Below are positions 29,601-36,846 of a DNA stretch of 64,000 nucleotides, one piece after another. A program made the translations under genes and the position numbers. Below the pieces are notes generated by a model. It saw only the letters and a list, made by a program, of their open reading frames with translations, was not told the DNA's origin and did not search any database. Source of the DNA: a virus; the IMG/VR virus record IMGVR_UViG_3300028392_000030, positions 96,001 to 160,000 of that record; one strand, 5' to 3'. Within the stretch, counting starts at the first letter, position 1. Each line of letters opens with the position of its first letter.

Positions 29601-32133
29601 CACCGTTGGCGTCATATATATTGAACAGAGGTGCTTGGTTAGTTGAAGTTTTTTGCTGAGCGGCGATCCAACTAACTCCGTTGAACCAAAAACTTTTACC
29701 TTGTAATGTAAGTCCACTGAGACATACTACACTATTATCAACTACTATGTTACCATTGGTGGCTGGTACCAAATTGATCACTGGTTCGGCCAGCAACGGA
29801 GGCACAGTGTCAGGTGTGATAAATTCCACTACATATATTTTATCACGCACATCCGGATCGTCATCTACTGCAAATATAATACGACTACCGTTTATTAAAT
29901 TGTAGCCATCAACACCATACCCAGTGGCTCCGTTGACTGTGCTGAGCGCATCTGTATTTGAAAAGTCAATAATATCTACTGGTTGTTTGCTTTTTGTACC
30001 AAAATCAAATAATCGAGTTCCACTTCGAAATTCTAGTATAGGACGGCGGGCTCGTAAAGCATTATCTACAACCAGCACACTGTTATTGTATGCAGCTGAT
30101 TGTTCAATTACACTAATATGGAACCAACGGTTGCTTCTGGTCCACGGGTTTAAATCTGGGCTTGCACGATTGATTGTCAAATAGTCTGGCACTGCTGGTT
30201 GATTTAAACTGGCATCATAGTTGCCAAAATCATAAAGAGTGCTGTCGTATGGTACAGAGCTACTTTGTGTGTAGGTCTCGGGCGTTACAAAGTCTGTAAC
30301 CAACAACAACTGTATGGCTGTGCCTACACCTTCAACATAATAACTATTTCCTTGGTAACTGGCCGGAACAACAGATCCAATGAATTGAACTTTAAGACCA
30401 TTGGTAAAAATCACCCCATTGGGACTGGTGTAATTTTTCTTGCCAAGTATATCTAAAATATCTAATGCATCAGCGGCACTTTGATTGATGAGATTTATTT
30501 CACCAAAGATACCAGGATCAATACCATCCTGATAATATAGTCTATTTCTTGTTGCGGCCAACAATGGAATTTGTTGGAAAGCGCCAAGTTCATCTTTATA
30601 CCAACTGGTATTGGAATATACTGTGCCAAATTGTATGTTAAATTTATACAAGTCCGGTATGTCGTATACACTGGTCAAACGCATATACTGGCCGCCACCT
30701 TCGGCGGTTATGTATTGTATTTGCCAAACACTACGCTGAATTGCTACATCCGCAATTGGTGTGGTTTGATCAAAGTCCAAGCTGTCAAACGAACCTGGTC
30801 CTGCCAACACAGGATCTTCAGGCGGTGCTGTTCTAACCAATGGGTCAAACTGTGATTTGATTAGCCAGCCGCCGGCTGAAGGATCAGGATCAGGTTCTGT
30901 GAATACAATCGTGCGGCCTTCCAAGTTTGTAATACCGTCAATTCCGGTAGGATTTTCAGCTAAGAACTGATCAACAAACACATTATTAAGTTGATCAAAT
31001 TGCAAATTAGTTATGAGACCTACTTGACCGCCGTTGGTGTCAATGTAAGGAAGATCATAATAAAAATCTTGGGCGTTACTGAAAGGGACATCAAAAGTTA
31101 TTGTGCCAAGATCAATACCGTTGTTGGTTACTCCATTGACTGGTCCAAGACGGCTACTGATATTTGGAGTGCTGGGTATGCGACCGTTTACTCCAGGGTC
31201 TGTTTGAATCCAGAAATCAGGACCTGTACCAGGAGTAGCGTCTACAATAGTAAACACGCCTTGCATGTTCATCTGTGTAGAATTATTGTAGTATAGGGTA
31301 TCCGGAGCATTTTGCGGCACTGTAAAAGTAATTGTTCCTGTGGCAGCACCATTGTTGATAACACCTTCGGTGAACAAATTGTTAATGCCCAGTGTTTGTT
31401 GTGTCTTGATATAAAACGGCAATGCTGGCGTAGATACCAGTGTAAATGTGTAGGTGTTCCCACGCACCAAGGTCAAGGTAGGATTGATGTCGTAATCAAT
31501 TACCCAGGCACTGGTGCCTTGGTTTGAAACACGGAAATTGACACTACTTGTTTCATTTTGTGCCACTTGGAAAGTATAACTTCCACCACGAACCAATGTC
31601 AGTGTAGGATTCTCACCAGATACACCTGTGAATGTATAAGCACCGTTGTCTCTAGTAACTACAAAATTGTCAGTAAGCGGCACGGCTCCAGTAAACACAT
31701 CAACTGCATTTGGGCCACCTGGTAACCAGTAATACTGTGCATAATTGACATACTTGTCAAAATCTACAAAAGGATCCCAAGCATAATATTCGCTGGTATA
31801 AAGTTGATCAGCATTTTGAGTAACAGCGCCTTGCAGATTCAACGCATCAGTTATGCCAGGATATGTTATAGCATCAACTACCTTCTTACTGTTGGTTGGA
31901 TCGATCTGAACTACGCCTGGCTCGAGTTGATAATTGGTTCGAGTTGCTGTGGGTTCTGTGACATAATAATCTCCCGGAATGACTCCAGGACCAACACGGC
32001 GTCCTACAAATCCTTGTATTTGTTTCAGCTGAGGTTCTTGGATCAACTGATCCAGTGTGGCGGCTAATACTTGTCTATTGGTAGAGGTCTGAAAGATTTC
32101 TGGTAAGAAATCTACCGATCTAGTGCGGGCCAT
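17680..32133 (-). CDS. Giant 4817-aa baseplate wedge/virion structural protein
   Basis: Uninterrupted ORF downstream of gp6-like gene; repeated beta-rich, FG-GAP-like and CBM5/12-like motifs. Confidence 0.75.
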   Translation of the reverse strand: MARTRSVDFLPEIFQTSTNRQVLAATLDQLIQEPQLKQIQGFVGRRVGPGVIPGDYYVTEPTATRTNYQLEPGVVQIDPTNSKKVVDAITYPGITDALNLQGAVTQNADQLYTSEYYAWDPFVDFDKYVNYAQYYWLPGGPNAVDVFTGAVPLTDNFVVTRDNGAYTFTGVSGENPTLTLVRGGSYTFQVAQNETSSVNFRVSNQGTSAWVIDYDINPTLTLVRGNTYTFTLVSTPALPFYIKTQQTLGINNLFTEGVINNGAATGTITFTVPQNAPDTLYYNNSTQMNMQGVFTIVDATPGTGPDFWIQTDPGVNGRIPSTPNISSRLGPVNGVTNNGIDLGTITFDVPFSNAQDFYYDLPYIDTNGGQVGLITNLQFDQLNNVFVDQFLAENPTGIDGITNLEGRTIVFTEPDPDPSAGGWLIKSQFDPLVRTAPPEDPVLAGPGSFDSLDFDQTTPIADVAIQRSVWQIQYITAEGGGQYMRLTSVYDIPDLYKFNIQFGTVYSNTSWYKDELGAFQQIPLLAATRNRLYYQDGIDPGIFGEINLINQSAADALDILDILGKKNYTSPNGVIFTNGLKVQFIGSVVPASYQGNSYYVEGVGTAIQLLLVTDFVTPETYTQSSSVPYDSTLYDFGNYDASLNQPAVPDYLTINRASPDLNPWTRSNRWFHISVIEQSAAYNNSVLVVDNALRARRPILEFRSGTRLFDFGTKSKQPVDIIDFSNTDALSTVNGATGYGVDGYNLINGSRIIFAVDDDPDVRDKIYVVEFITPDTVPPLLAEPVINLVPATNGNIVVDNSVVCLSGLTLQGKSFWFNGVSWIAAQQKTSTNQAPLFNIYDANGVSFSDPVVYPSSNFRGSKLFSYAPSSNGKDPVLGFAIKYLSLSNIGDIVFDNNLYTDTFNYTIDSVGYTKNISLGFVREYLDRLAYKRELGWQTAAVPSRARQQFQFSYDGRPLQLDVAALPDTTVPGIQLYVSSEFQESYKYSVATTDNSTTITWVDAKYNNGTVFAAGDVVEVLVLSDQSSKVAFYQVPINLENNPLNVNSPYFTVGTARTHYESICENLLGLVGPINGNNNTRDLGNIIPYGTNIIQNSSPMTLAGYFMRSKQYNIFDSLAYSSREYEQYKAQLLNAAVTTDYTNYTVPAMLTAIVTQLVAGRTQTNPFYWTDMLPANPVYTTTTTTYSQISTPTFNLNTTYNFTSSNYQSVLVYVNDVLLQSGYDYVVSTDTPTLTITVPLSAGDVIVIQEYATTYGTFVPNTPTKLGLYPAFQPKIYYDTTYVNPAWVIQGHDGSLTLAFGDFRDQLLLEFETRIFNNLKIKSEIPLTITDVTPGQFRSTGYSLAEINQILAPSFLNWLGWNKLTYSEQTYNSANQFTWNYSAAGNKLTGSTTSSESPMPVGAWRGIYQYFYDTPTPQATPWEMLGFSQEPTWWTEVYGPAPYTSGNLVLWDDLAAGKVADPAGTYYRPKYARPGLAQVIPVDSEGQLLSPFISVVGQYDSSQWQKSWVFGDEGPVEYSWRTSSAFPFAVMRLLALTRPAKFFSLFADRDLYKYDADLEQFLYNQRYRLDANGVEVYGNGLSKASYIDWIVDYNRQLGINSTDKLTADLSLLDVRLCYRMGTFTDKQYLEIVAETASPDSTNSSLLIPDNSYNLLVYKNQPFSQTLYSAVIVQVVAGGWSVTGYSLTNPYFEILASRTGGPTRVITAGGTRVTVPTTYSQNIVQVPYGYVFTNQTVVADFLLSYGALLESQGLVFDARENGKTLDWNQMVQEYLYWANQGWMTGSVISLNPTAQQLTLVTAEAVVDSIVTQTPENLILDQNRTTIPTAQLVIDRYENTFRVNSLNEQTISYIALRQTSYESLVILDNVSVFGDLLYDPATGARQSRVTVIATVAADWNGQLDAQGFINNNTQTVKEWQPLQKYTKGEIVIYKNNYWQALDIVQPSAQWNQSLWSQSNYTKIQGGLLQNIPLLSNQLANSYDVNQANLQLEQDLFAFGLIGFRPRQYMVDLNLGDISQVNLYQQLIQDKGTLNSVRLLTNANLNKETAQYQIYENWGIQRGIYGANANRRFVEMRLNEALLTANPGTVQIIAPQESSIADQTILYADLWRESYNVTSPDIFPTAVMPVADSALPSAGYVNLQDVDITVFDLEGQLGLATGVLNTIGIGTTVWAAKSNAYDWNVYRCTEVPGYISSATPNLNGTTIVTFTRPPGLVVGDIVIIRFLDTTVDGVYRVLALPGLTSVAIALTITNAVTGSGLGFSLQTMRVSQASDVITLPYADALVPGAKVWVDNNGSGLWEVLEKTDPFTDAGAITPKVPVVNSGYGSSVAQGYQNIIAMIGAPTGGDDATGAIYTYVKDVNDNYSENSILSLSAADTLGFGNAMQIGYQNWAVVGASASNGNQGYAVAIYRATGSTAFEERQLLTSPDGDFSNAEFGYSVTISQDEQWMYVSAPGQNKVYPYGRITIPRQQAEFITPGVYQVYNVGGIIEFDNELQLAVVLNNNLLTIGVDYTVGGTVINLAGIPPANEKLFVTRKVQQDYVGDGVETVFDLGPYLYTADNIYSFIVYVNDVIQVPDVDYTFSTSGNSPITFATAPDLDSAIKIISGTYWQPMAAIEGPASARFGSSIHTTTDGRQIIIGANNDSSAPVAHCGAVYVFDRSVTRYIISDTSQLTYTLPAGYQDPVAVVLNNVYLTNSAQYINGQFAVTGGDVVLDVVLNVGDILEIESNIFTQVQKIVPDTPYDESAFGTAVDVCPNNCSIYTGAPVDGTILVAAGSVQRNVNQARVYGTTTSTNSNPTLTAGNTIRVNNMPVAVPAGPDNTVEGLAQAIIDAAIPNVTASASNGLLTISIVNVAAADAYNRLTVWPGITGTAFADLGFNSYAYTQTITSPNPTASANFGAALNIDTTALTLVVGAPRGDLYEAVIFDNGTTYFDDRSTTFFNGIVESGVVYTFDYLPSATDSVTNPGNFVFGQQIYDNLTDPLDQWGSAVNYTTGKLLIGSPTGADNYGRVGQFVNLDRLPAWKILRQQQPVVDVELLNSVYMYNKLQSQETYFFDFIDPLQGKILGVARQNIDFISQVNPAQYNFGPINNIGNFWGSERVGTIWWDTTNARFIDPNQDDIVYASRRWGQLFPGSTVDIYQWVASSTPPAGYASEGQPLNTTSYSVRAHLNATGTFETVYYFWVSGITTIAVNEGKTLSTTGIARYVEEPRSSGIPYIAALDASTVAIYNGSQYLSASDTILHVDFSQELSDANIHTEFQLIADGDPTSFLADNLYQKLQDSFCGYNQNGAQVPDPFLSPPEQYGVAFSPRQSLFVDRLMALENYLTRTNEILKYLPIVEQRRFILLNSSEPIPAAGSEQYNKVLDNIEQLSYQNFYQVPLGYKYLILSDSTYNGAWTIYEVVLESNASAAPRVPQLVRIQNFNTKNYWNYIDWYKLGYNSSTVPVAQVPNYSSLVTLDVSVGASVKVTANAQNKWEIYVKTATGWERVGLQDGTIAFDNTLWDYAAGRYGFDAEVYDAQYYDQEPAIETRNIIQAINTELFINDLAIFKNQLLILMFKFILTEEQAPDWLMKTSFINVRHDIRSLLPFPTYRRDNQDFVSDYLQEVKPYHVQVKQFNLVYKGQDDYPGFATDFDNPSYYDTALEIPQFVSPILLPYTKSTATGTGKASDIADTPADAEIWATTPWQEWFNNYLLSLMSVSVTATGSGYAAEPEVVIGTKWTADTAYTVGQQVFYGSNLYSVTISGTSADIPPEFTTGSQLVGTATLAYVGTPATAVAVINSSLQVIAVNVVNEGSGYTTNPVITFVSDTGIGAQARANMGNPLVREFNMTIKYDRYEYLSTITDWDYLVASYPANTQVRFANTVWQAIDTVTNTPIVLDSIGTAVAYTLTVPSTTGLTTGMIVTGLGIPADTTVTLINDVDNVVTISRAVLQSINLEPVNFYNPFIIEEWNRVSASTLSGIDRTQGFYLPTVNQPGRSLPLLIDGLNYPGVQVYALDFSYNTGYDVGNYDINPFDNISISPEGFPTYDPALLDAAYSSSFDDVFLGTRPTDINVDGGGYIDVFSSYAPEELVPGSEFDTLDFRVYTAPGFDNTGLGHGFPAVSQRYVYNSAAPVSSFAGLLEYPFTVVVFNTTLGLAIQPVNFDWVNYEVTLGLTETDGDIIDLYVTGVGGGNQLYLNTYNQEMLDEVTVPFAVASAYNIATTYVQGDVVSYGDDFYRATAVTTGNLPVNLVGWTLISKGAVIYTTIVNDVMTYPGILIYNGENQLIVGTDYTVTSSGGSTTITFATTYDNTARINLAVLGYAVDGITHSWSLPVDQSFISDGNTTTVDLINSMQGTNQVNLVVSFNGNRMNPYQGSEYLGDGVTDVYQLPNSYGYNPALVSDNDVLVFVDNIKLIQDTDYVVDAYDGISNYRTITFTTAPVTGSKILLSVATDCGYRVYNNSLTFLPGSIPADGDSIDIITWNDTAEQDLLTEVFVGPGSINNNTFDIGREITNPARMLVTLNGYYLFNGIDYILNGTSITISGQTIISTDVLAITLFTNRVVPNPTAFRIFQDMRQVQATYRITPSTTTTLVQSVAVLDDIIYVEDATALGDPNLATAYNNNISYVVGDVVMYGDGFYQAIEPTVGHLPTDTDYWIVTDGAANIWGILTINGERIMYRHRDTVANTVSGLLRGTAGTAITIHTAGTAVYNMGRENLMPLTCQNYIVSNITNPLESGVNLGDGTTVEFTADIDISQEPSATRDESVEVYIGGTRIPDTDYTITADNPVTVEFNTAPPTGYEVAILVKRAHTWYNLATPDLPLNETDTICARFLQGR

Positions 32134-35100
32134 TAAATTACTCCACTGCCAGGAGCAGTTCGTATATTCGTACTAGTTAATGCAGTAATTACTTCGACGT
32201 TTTGCACAGTGGCTCCATTTACAAATATCTGATTGGGGGCGCAACGAATTTCATATAAACTTCCAAAATACTTATCCTGATTAAGCGGCACCAAAACTAC
32301 ACTACTGACAATGCCGGACAACTTGTCATGCAAGAAACCCGACAGTTCTGAGAAGTAAAATGTGTCACCAAAGTCCCACAGATCTAAACTAAAATATTGA
32401 TTGAGATATTGAACTACCAAGTTCTGAATTTCACTAGTGCTGGCCACACTTTGTGCGGCACGGATCACTTTGATTGTTGCTTGAAGTTCGGGCAAGGCCT
32501 TGGCTCCAAACAATGGTTGGAATTGCACACTGTTCAAGATCATTGTGTCAGACAGCATTTTATAATTGTTTAATCCAGCATAGGCTGTATTTAAAAAATC
32601 AAGAGTTGGTGGTTGCGGCTCAGTCACTGTTCCTGTGGTATCTTGTATGTAATTTGTATAAGCAATATAATATTCGTTGGTTACAACATACACATCAATG
32701 ATATTGGTAGTACCAGGATCAATTCTGTTGGTCAACGGACTATTGTGTCTGTATTGGAAAAACAAGTTCTGGCGGCCAGTTTGAGCAATGTATTCATCGG
32801 TTGCTGCTAACGAACGGACGCCTGTTGCGACATCTGCTACCAATATATAAAATACTTGATCGGTGTAGGTATAGAACACTTGTCCAGGCGTATATTCAGC
32901 CATGACTACTAACACATCATTTTCTGTGGCATACTGGCTGTTGACTATTCCTGAATCAATCAACACATATCTTTGCAAATTATCAAAATCCACAATGCGT
33001 TTTAAAAATACCCATGGGCTACCGGCTGATGCAGGATTGGGTACAGGTCCAATGATCTCAGAGAAGAAGTCTGGATTATCAGGAACACCATCATTGTTTC
33101 TGTCAGAGAACGAGACCAACACTTGATAATCATCGACTAGGCCGTCAATTTGTATAGGTTGTCCTACTATTTTGGTTATAATGTCTGACCCTAGTGGTGC
33201 TGCCGAGGTAGGCTGACTATTGGTTTTTAACACATTTATAAAGTCGCTAATAGTTGTGCCAGTTCTGCTGTCATATACCAACTGGTCACCACTGAAGAAG
33301 AACCTAGTCTGAACCACACTTCCAAAATAATAATCAAGCGCACGGAAACTAACAGTATAAAATCCGCTGTTGAACACAAATTCAACAAACCAACTTGCGT
33401 CTAATCCTGCACCAGATGTATTGCCGGCATAGGCCTGGCTCCAAGCAGCATCAACGTTTAAATTTGTTGTGGTTATTAGGTACCATGTACCAGCAGTGCC
33501 AGTAATGTTTCCTAAACTATCATAACCTAAACCAAAATTTCTTTTCAGCGCAATTTGTTCGGCCATACTGGTCTGCAGGCTAGTTGGCAATTCTTTAACA
33601 AAAATAGGTATAACCTGGACAGCTATTGCATCTGTGGGCACATACTGGTTTAATACAACAGGACCTAGACCGCTAGGAAGATTACCTTGGCCTTGATTTG
33701 TTCCATCAAGATATATTTCTAAAGGACTGGCCCAAATGATAAGTTTTTCATCAGCTAATGTTGGCGAACCAACTTGTAACCGATTGTTGGCATCAAAATA
33801 ATAACCAGCAGGTGCAGCAAATTTTACAAGGCTGCCCACAGTGATAAATTGAGCGTTGGACGACGAAGTGCCGTTAATTGGCACAGGGTTTCCTAGGCTG
33901 TTTACAAAATATCCAGTGGCACTGCCAGCTTGGCTGGTGCTGAGGTGCCAACTCATAGACAAACTAGTCAATGGCGCACGGGGAAATTGTGCATAATAAA
34001 ATTGTTGTGCTTGACTTTTGGCTAGTAACGGTTGAACTTCGTTTAAAATAACACTGTTGGTTTCGTTAGTAGTTTGTGTAATGAACTGAAAAGTGGGCAA
34101 ACTATAGTTTTGATACAAAGCGCCGTCGCTACTGAAGGTGTTGGTACTGGAATATTTTCCAGTGTTGTCTACCAAATCAAGATAGCGACTCACGCCAATG
34201 CTGGAACGATTTAGTGCTTTGCTTTTTAAAATTGAGTTGTAGGCTGTGTGTGGGAAGTTGTTGTAATCTTCACCATTGACCATGCGATTCTGTGTATAGT
34301 ATCTTGCAGGAGCATTGTTTTTAATTTGTGCAAGAGTCTCGCGTGGTTGTGCGTTTGATACTGGTGTTGTAATACCGCAAGTAAATGTCAAAGTTTGCAA
34401 TTGTCCAGTACGACTCACATAGCTGATGGGTATGGCAATGCTTTGCATTTCTTGTGGATTGATAATATATTGCAATCCATTTGATGCACGAACATAGTTA
34501 CGGAAAGTTCCTACTGGAATATCACTGAACACTCCATCACCAAAGGTCAATGTTATCTGGTCATTGGTTCTACTGGTCACACTGAACAAGGGGCGACTAC
34601 CTGGAGCAGTTTGTTCTGCAGCTGCTCCATACACACTGGGGACATAGGTCCATTCTTTGGTAATACTACCAACATTGTCTAATTGATATAACCAAACATC
34701 AGTGTTGTTGACACCTTCGATGTTGATATCCACCGTGCGATTGCTCACACGGTCAGCCAAATTAAAATCTTGATTTTGTAGTGTGCCTTGTTTGAACAAG
34801 AAAAAATATCCAGTATTGGCGGCGGCAAATCCTAGCTGGTCATTGCGGAATAGAATATTAAATCTTCCGCTGGGCTTTGGACTAGGCTCATAAACATAAT
34901 TTTGTCCAACAATTGTAGAAGTAACTGCTTCAAATGGCATATTAATGCCATCCACTGTGGCAGTGTACGGTACCACGGGCAAGTAGCCTGGCACAAGATT
35001 AATACTGTATTCAGCTGTGTCGACTCCAAGAATTGTTGCTCTTGCTCCAGGAACGCCTACTCGTTGTGCATCAATTAGGGCAGCATTTATAATTGCTGTG

Positions 35101-35567
35101 AACTGTTCTTGCCACGAAAAGTTTGTAGGGTCAGCCCAGTTAACTGTTACATTGGCTAGGTCAATTCCGTTGACGTCAGTTACATCTTCTGTGGTTGATA
35201 CTGAAAATACTTTGAGATAACCACTTGCTTCTATATTGCGTTTGGGAGTATAGCTGACCAAGTTGGCCAAGCGAACCACACTGTCTCTACGTTCAGCCGA
35301 ATCAATATAATTTTCGCGTGTGTTTAAATCAGTGCGGAATGCTAAACTTTGACCCATAAAGGCCATAACGTCCAGCAAGGCAATAAATTCTGAACTTTCA
35401 ATGTAGTCATTGAATGTTTCTGGATAATACAAACGTAAGTAATCTACAAAACTCTTGCGTAAGGTTTCAAAATCATAGCTTTGAAAGTCAGCCTCTTGGT
35501 ACGTTTGATAGATTCTTTTCCAATCTTCAACGCCAAAAATTACTGTTTGTCTTGTAGTAGATGCCAT
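32133..35567 (-). CDS. gp6: Baseplate wedge subunit (T4 gp6-like)
   Basis: DFETLRKS..YL, ESSEFIALLD, LAFRTDLNTREN..DSAERRDSV.RLA, RMVNGEDY. Confidence 0.85.
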   Translation of the reverse strand: MASTTRQTVIFGVEDWKRIYQTYQEADFQSYDFETLRKSFVDYLRLYYPETFNDYIESSEFIALLDVMAFMGQSLAFRTDLNTRENYIDSAERRDSVVRLANLVSYTPKRNIEASGYLKVFSVSTTEDVTDVNGIDLANVTVNWADPTNFSWQEQFTAIINAALIDAQRVGVPGARATILGVDTAEYSINLVPGYLPVVPYTATVDGINMPFEAVTSTIVGQNYVYEPSPKPSGRFNILFRNDQLGFAAANTGYFFLFKQGTLQNQDFNLADRVSNRTVDINIEGVNNTDVWLYQLDNVGSITKEWTYVPSVYGAAAEQTAPGSRPLFSVTSRTNDQITLTFGDGVFSDIPVGTFRNYVRASNGLQYIINPQEMQSIAIPISYVSRTGQLQTLTFTCGITTPVSNAQPRETLAQIKNNAPARYYTQNRMVNGEDYNNFPHTAYNSILKSKALNRSSIGVSRYLDLVDNTGKYSSTNTFSSDGALYQNYSLPTFQFITQTTNETNSVILNEVQPLLAKSQAQQFYYAQFPRAPLTSLSMSWHLSTSQAGSATGYFVNSLGNPVPINGTSSSNAQFITVGSLVKFAAPAGYYFDANNRLQVGSPTLADEKLIIWASPLEIYLDGTNQGQGNLPSGLGPVVLNQYVPTDAIAVQVIPIFVKELPTSLQTSMAEQIALKRNFGLGYDSLGNITGTAGTWYLITTTNLNVDAAWSQAYAGNTSGAGLDASWFVEFVFNSGFYTVSFRALDYYFGSVVQTRFFFSGDQLVYDSRTGTTISDFINVLKTNSQPTSAAPLGSDIITKIVGQPIQIDGLVDDYQVLVSFSDRNNDGVPDNPDFFSEIIGPVPNPASAGSPWVFLKRIVDFDNLQRYVLIDSGIVNSQYATENDVLVVMAEYTPGQVFYTYTDQVFYILVADVATGVRSLAATDEYIAQTGRQNLFFQYRHNSPLTNRIDPGTTNIIDVYVVTNEYYIAYTNYIQDTTGTVTEPQPPTLDFLNTAYAGLNNYKMLSDTMILNSVQFQPLFGAKALPELQATIKVIRAAQSVASTSEIQNLVVQYLNQYFSLDLWDFGDTFYFSELSGFLHDKLSGIVSSVVLVPLNQDKYFGSLYEIRCAPNQIFVNGATVQNVEVITALTSTNIRTAPGSGVI

Positions 35568-35612
35568 AATGATCCTGTGTTCTTGTATTTATGGAAATCA
35601 AAAACGGCGCAG

Positions 35613-35987
35613 TTAAACGTAACTAGCTCGGCGTTGTTGCTGATTAAAAAATATGCTCAATTGTTGTGCAGTAGTGTTGGGAACTATGGCCAGTTGTACC
35701 TGTATTAATATTCCGTTTTCCTGTGGGAAAACCTGTGTGTCCGCTATTTGTATGCGTGGATCATATCCAGCAACACGTTGAATTTCATTTTCTATTGCAG
35801 TAACTAGTGCAGGTGATTGGTTTTCAAATAGATTTTCCCACAATGTAGTGCCAAATTGTGGGCGGCCTGGCAGTTGTCCTTGTCTAATGTTTAATCCGTT
35901 TAACAAGTCACGTTTGACCAAGTCTTCATCTAATAATGTAAACTTTTTATATTGATCTTGAGTGTTAAATCCAATAAATGTCGGCAT
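35613..35987 (-). CDS. gp25: Baseplate wedge subunit (gp25/GPW family)
   Basis: LVKRDLLN.LNIRQG....RPQFGT.LW..LFE, YDPRI. Confidence 0.85.
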   Translation of the reverse strand: MPTFIGFNTQDQYKKFTLLDEDLVKRDLLNGLNIRQGQLPGRPQFGTTLWENLFENQSPALVTAIENEIQRVAGYDPRIQIADTQVFPQENGILIQVQLAIVPNTTAQQLSIFFNQQQRRASYV

Positions 35988-35997
35988 AGTTTAGTAT

Positions 35998-36846
35998 TTA
36001 ACCTTGTCTTGATCCGCGTGAAAAGCGGAAAGTGCCATCATCGTTGTTGTTCGGCAATACAGTTATGTTTATATTTCCAACATTGGCTATTAACTCAGCT
36101 GCAGCAACTGATGCAACAATATCGGCTTCTATAGCCGCAATATTAGCATATTCTAATGTAGGTATTTTAGGATTGTCAATGGTATCTGCAACCGCTTGGT
36201 CAATTTGTGTTCTAACTACTGTGTTGTCGGAACTTGGAGCAGTTGGAGCCAACAGTAATTCATCACCGTAGGTAGCAACAAAATCCATGGCATAAATTCC
36301 TTGTCTGGCGGCAATTTCTATCGCCGCAGACAAATCAGAACTTGCTGTTCCTTGTAAGTAATCAACAACCGCATCAACTCCATATCTTACCGCAGGTTGC
36401 AAGAAAGCGGCAATATATCTAGCCGGTTCGTCGCCGACGATTACTTCATAGTTAAGTAACCCTTGATATGCTCCATCATACAGTGCCGTTTGAACTTGTT
36501 CTTGCAAGATAGGAGCGTCTAGATAGTCGGTTAAACTATTGATACTGTATGCTCCGGTCCACGCAGCCGGAGAGTTCAATACAATAAGAGTCAAAGTAGG
36601 ATCAGTTATAAGATCTAATGCCGCAGGTTTTATTAGTCCAACCAAAACCAAATTAGCCGGAGTTTGCCCGTAGAGACCTATTCCTCTAGTGGCGATGTCG
36701 GTGCCGGCATACACCGCTTCACCATTGGTGGCAATGTACCAGTCTGGTAATAATTCTCCAGTGGCATCAACTGACGTATAAGCGGCGGCGGCACGTGCCT
36801 GGGCTATGAGTGCTGTAACTTGTCCTGTGTTTAAAATAGTGGTCAT
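35998..36846 (-). CDS. Hypothetical virion protein coupled to gp5-like gene
   Basis: ATGA overlap with the gp5-like stop; baseplate context. Confidence 0.55.
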   Translation of the reverse strand: MTTILNTGQVTALIAQARAAAAYTSVDATGELLPDWYIATNGEAVYAGTDIATRGIGLYGQTPANLVLVGLIKPAALDLITDPTLTLIVLNSPAAWTGAYSINSLTDYLDAPILQEQVQTALYDGAYQGLLNYEVIVGDEPARYIAAFLQPAVRYGVDAVVDYLQGTASSDLSAAIEIAARQGIYAMDFVATYGDELLLAPTAPSSDNTVVRTQIDQAVADTIDNPKIPTLEYANIAAIEADIVASVAAAELIANVGNINITVLPNNNDDGTFRFSRGSRQG

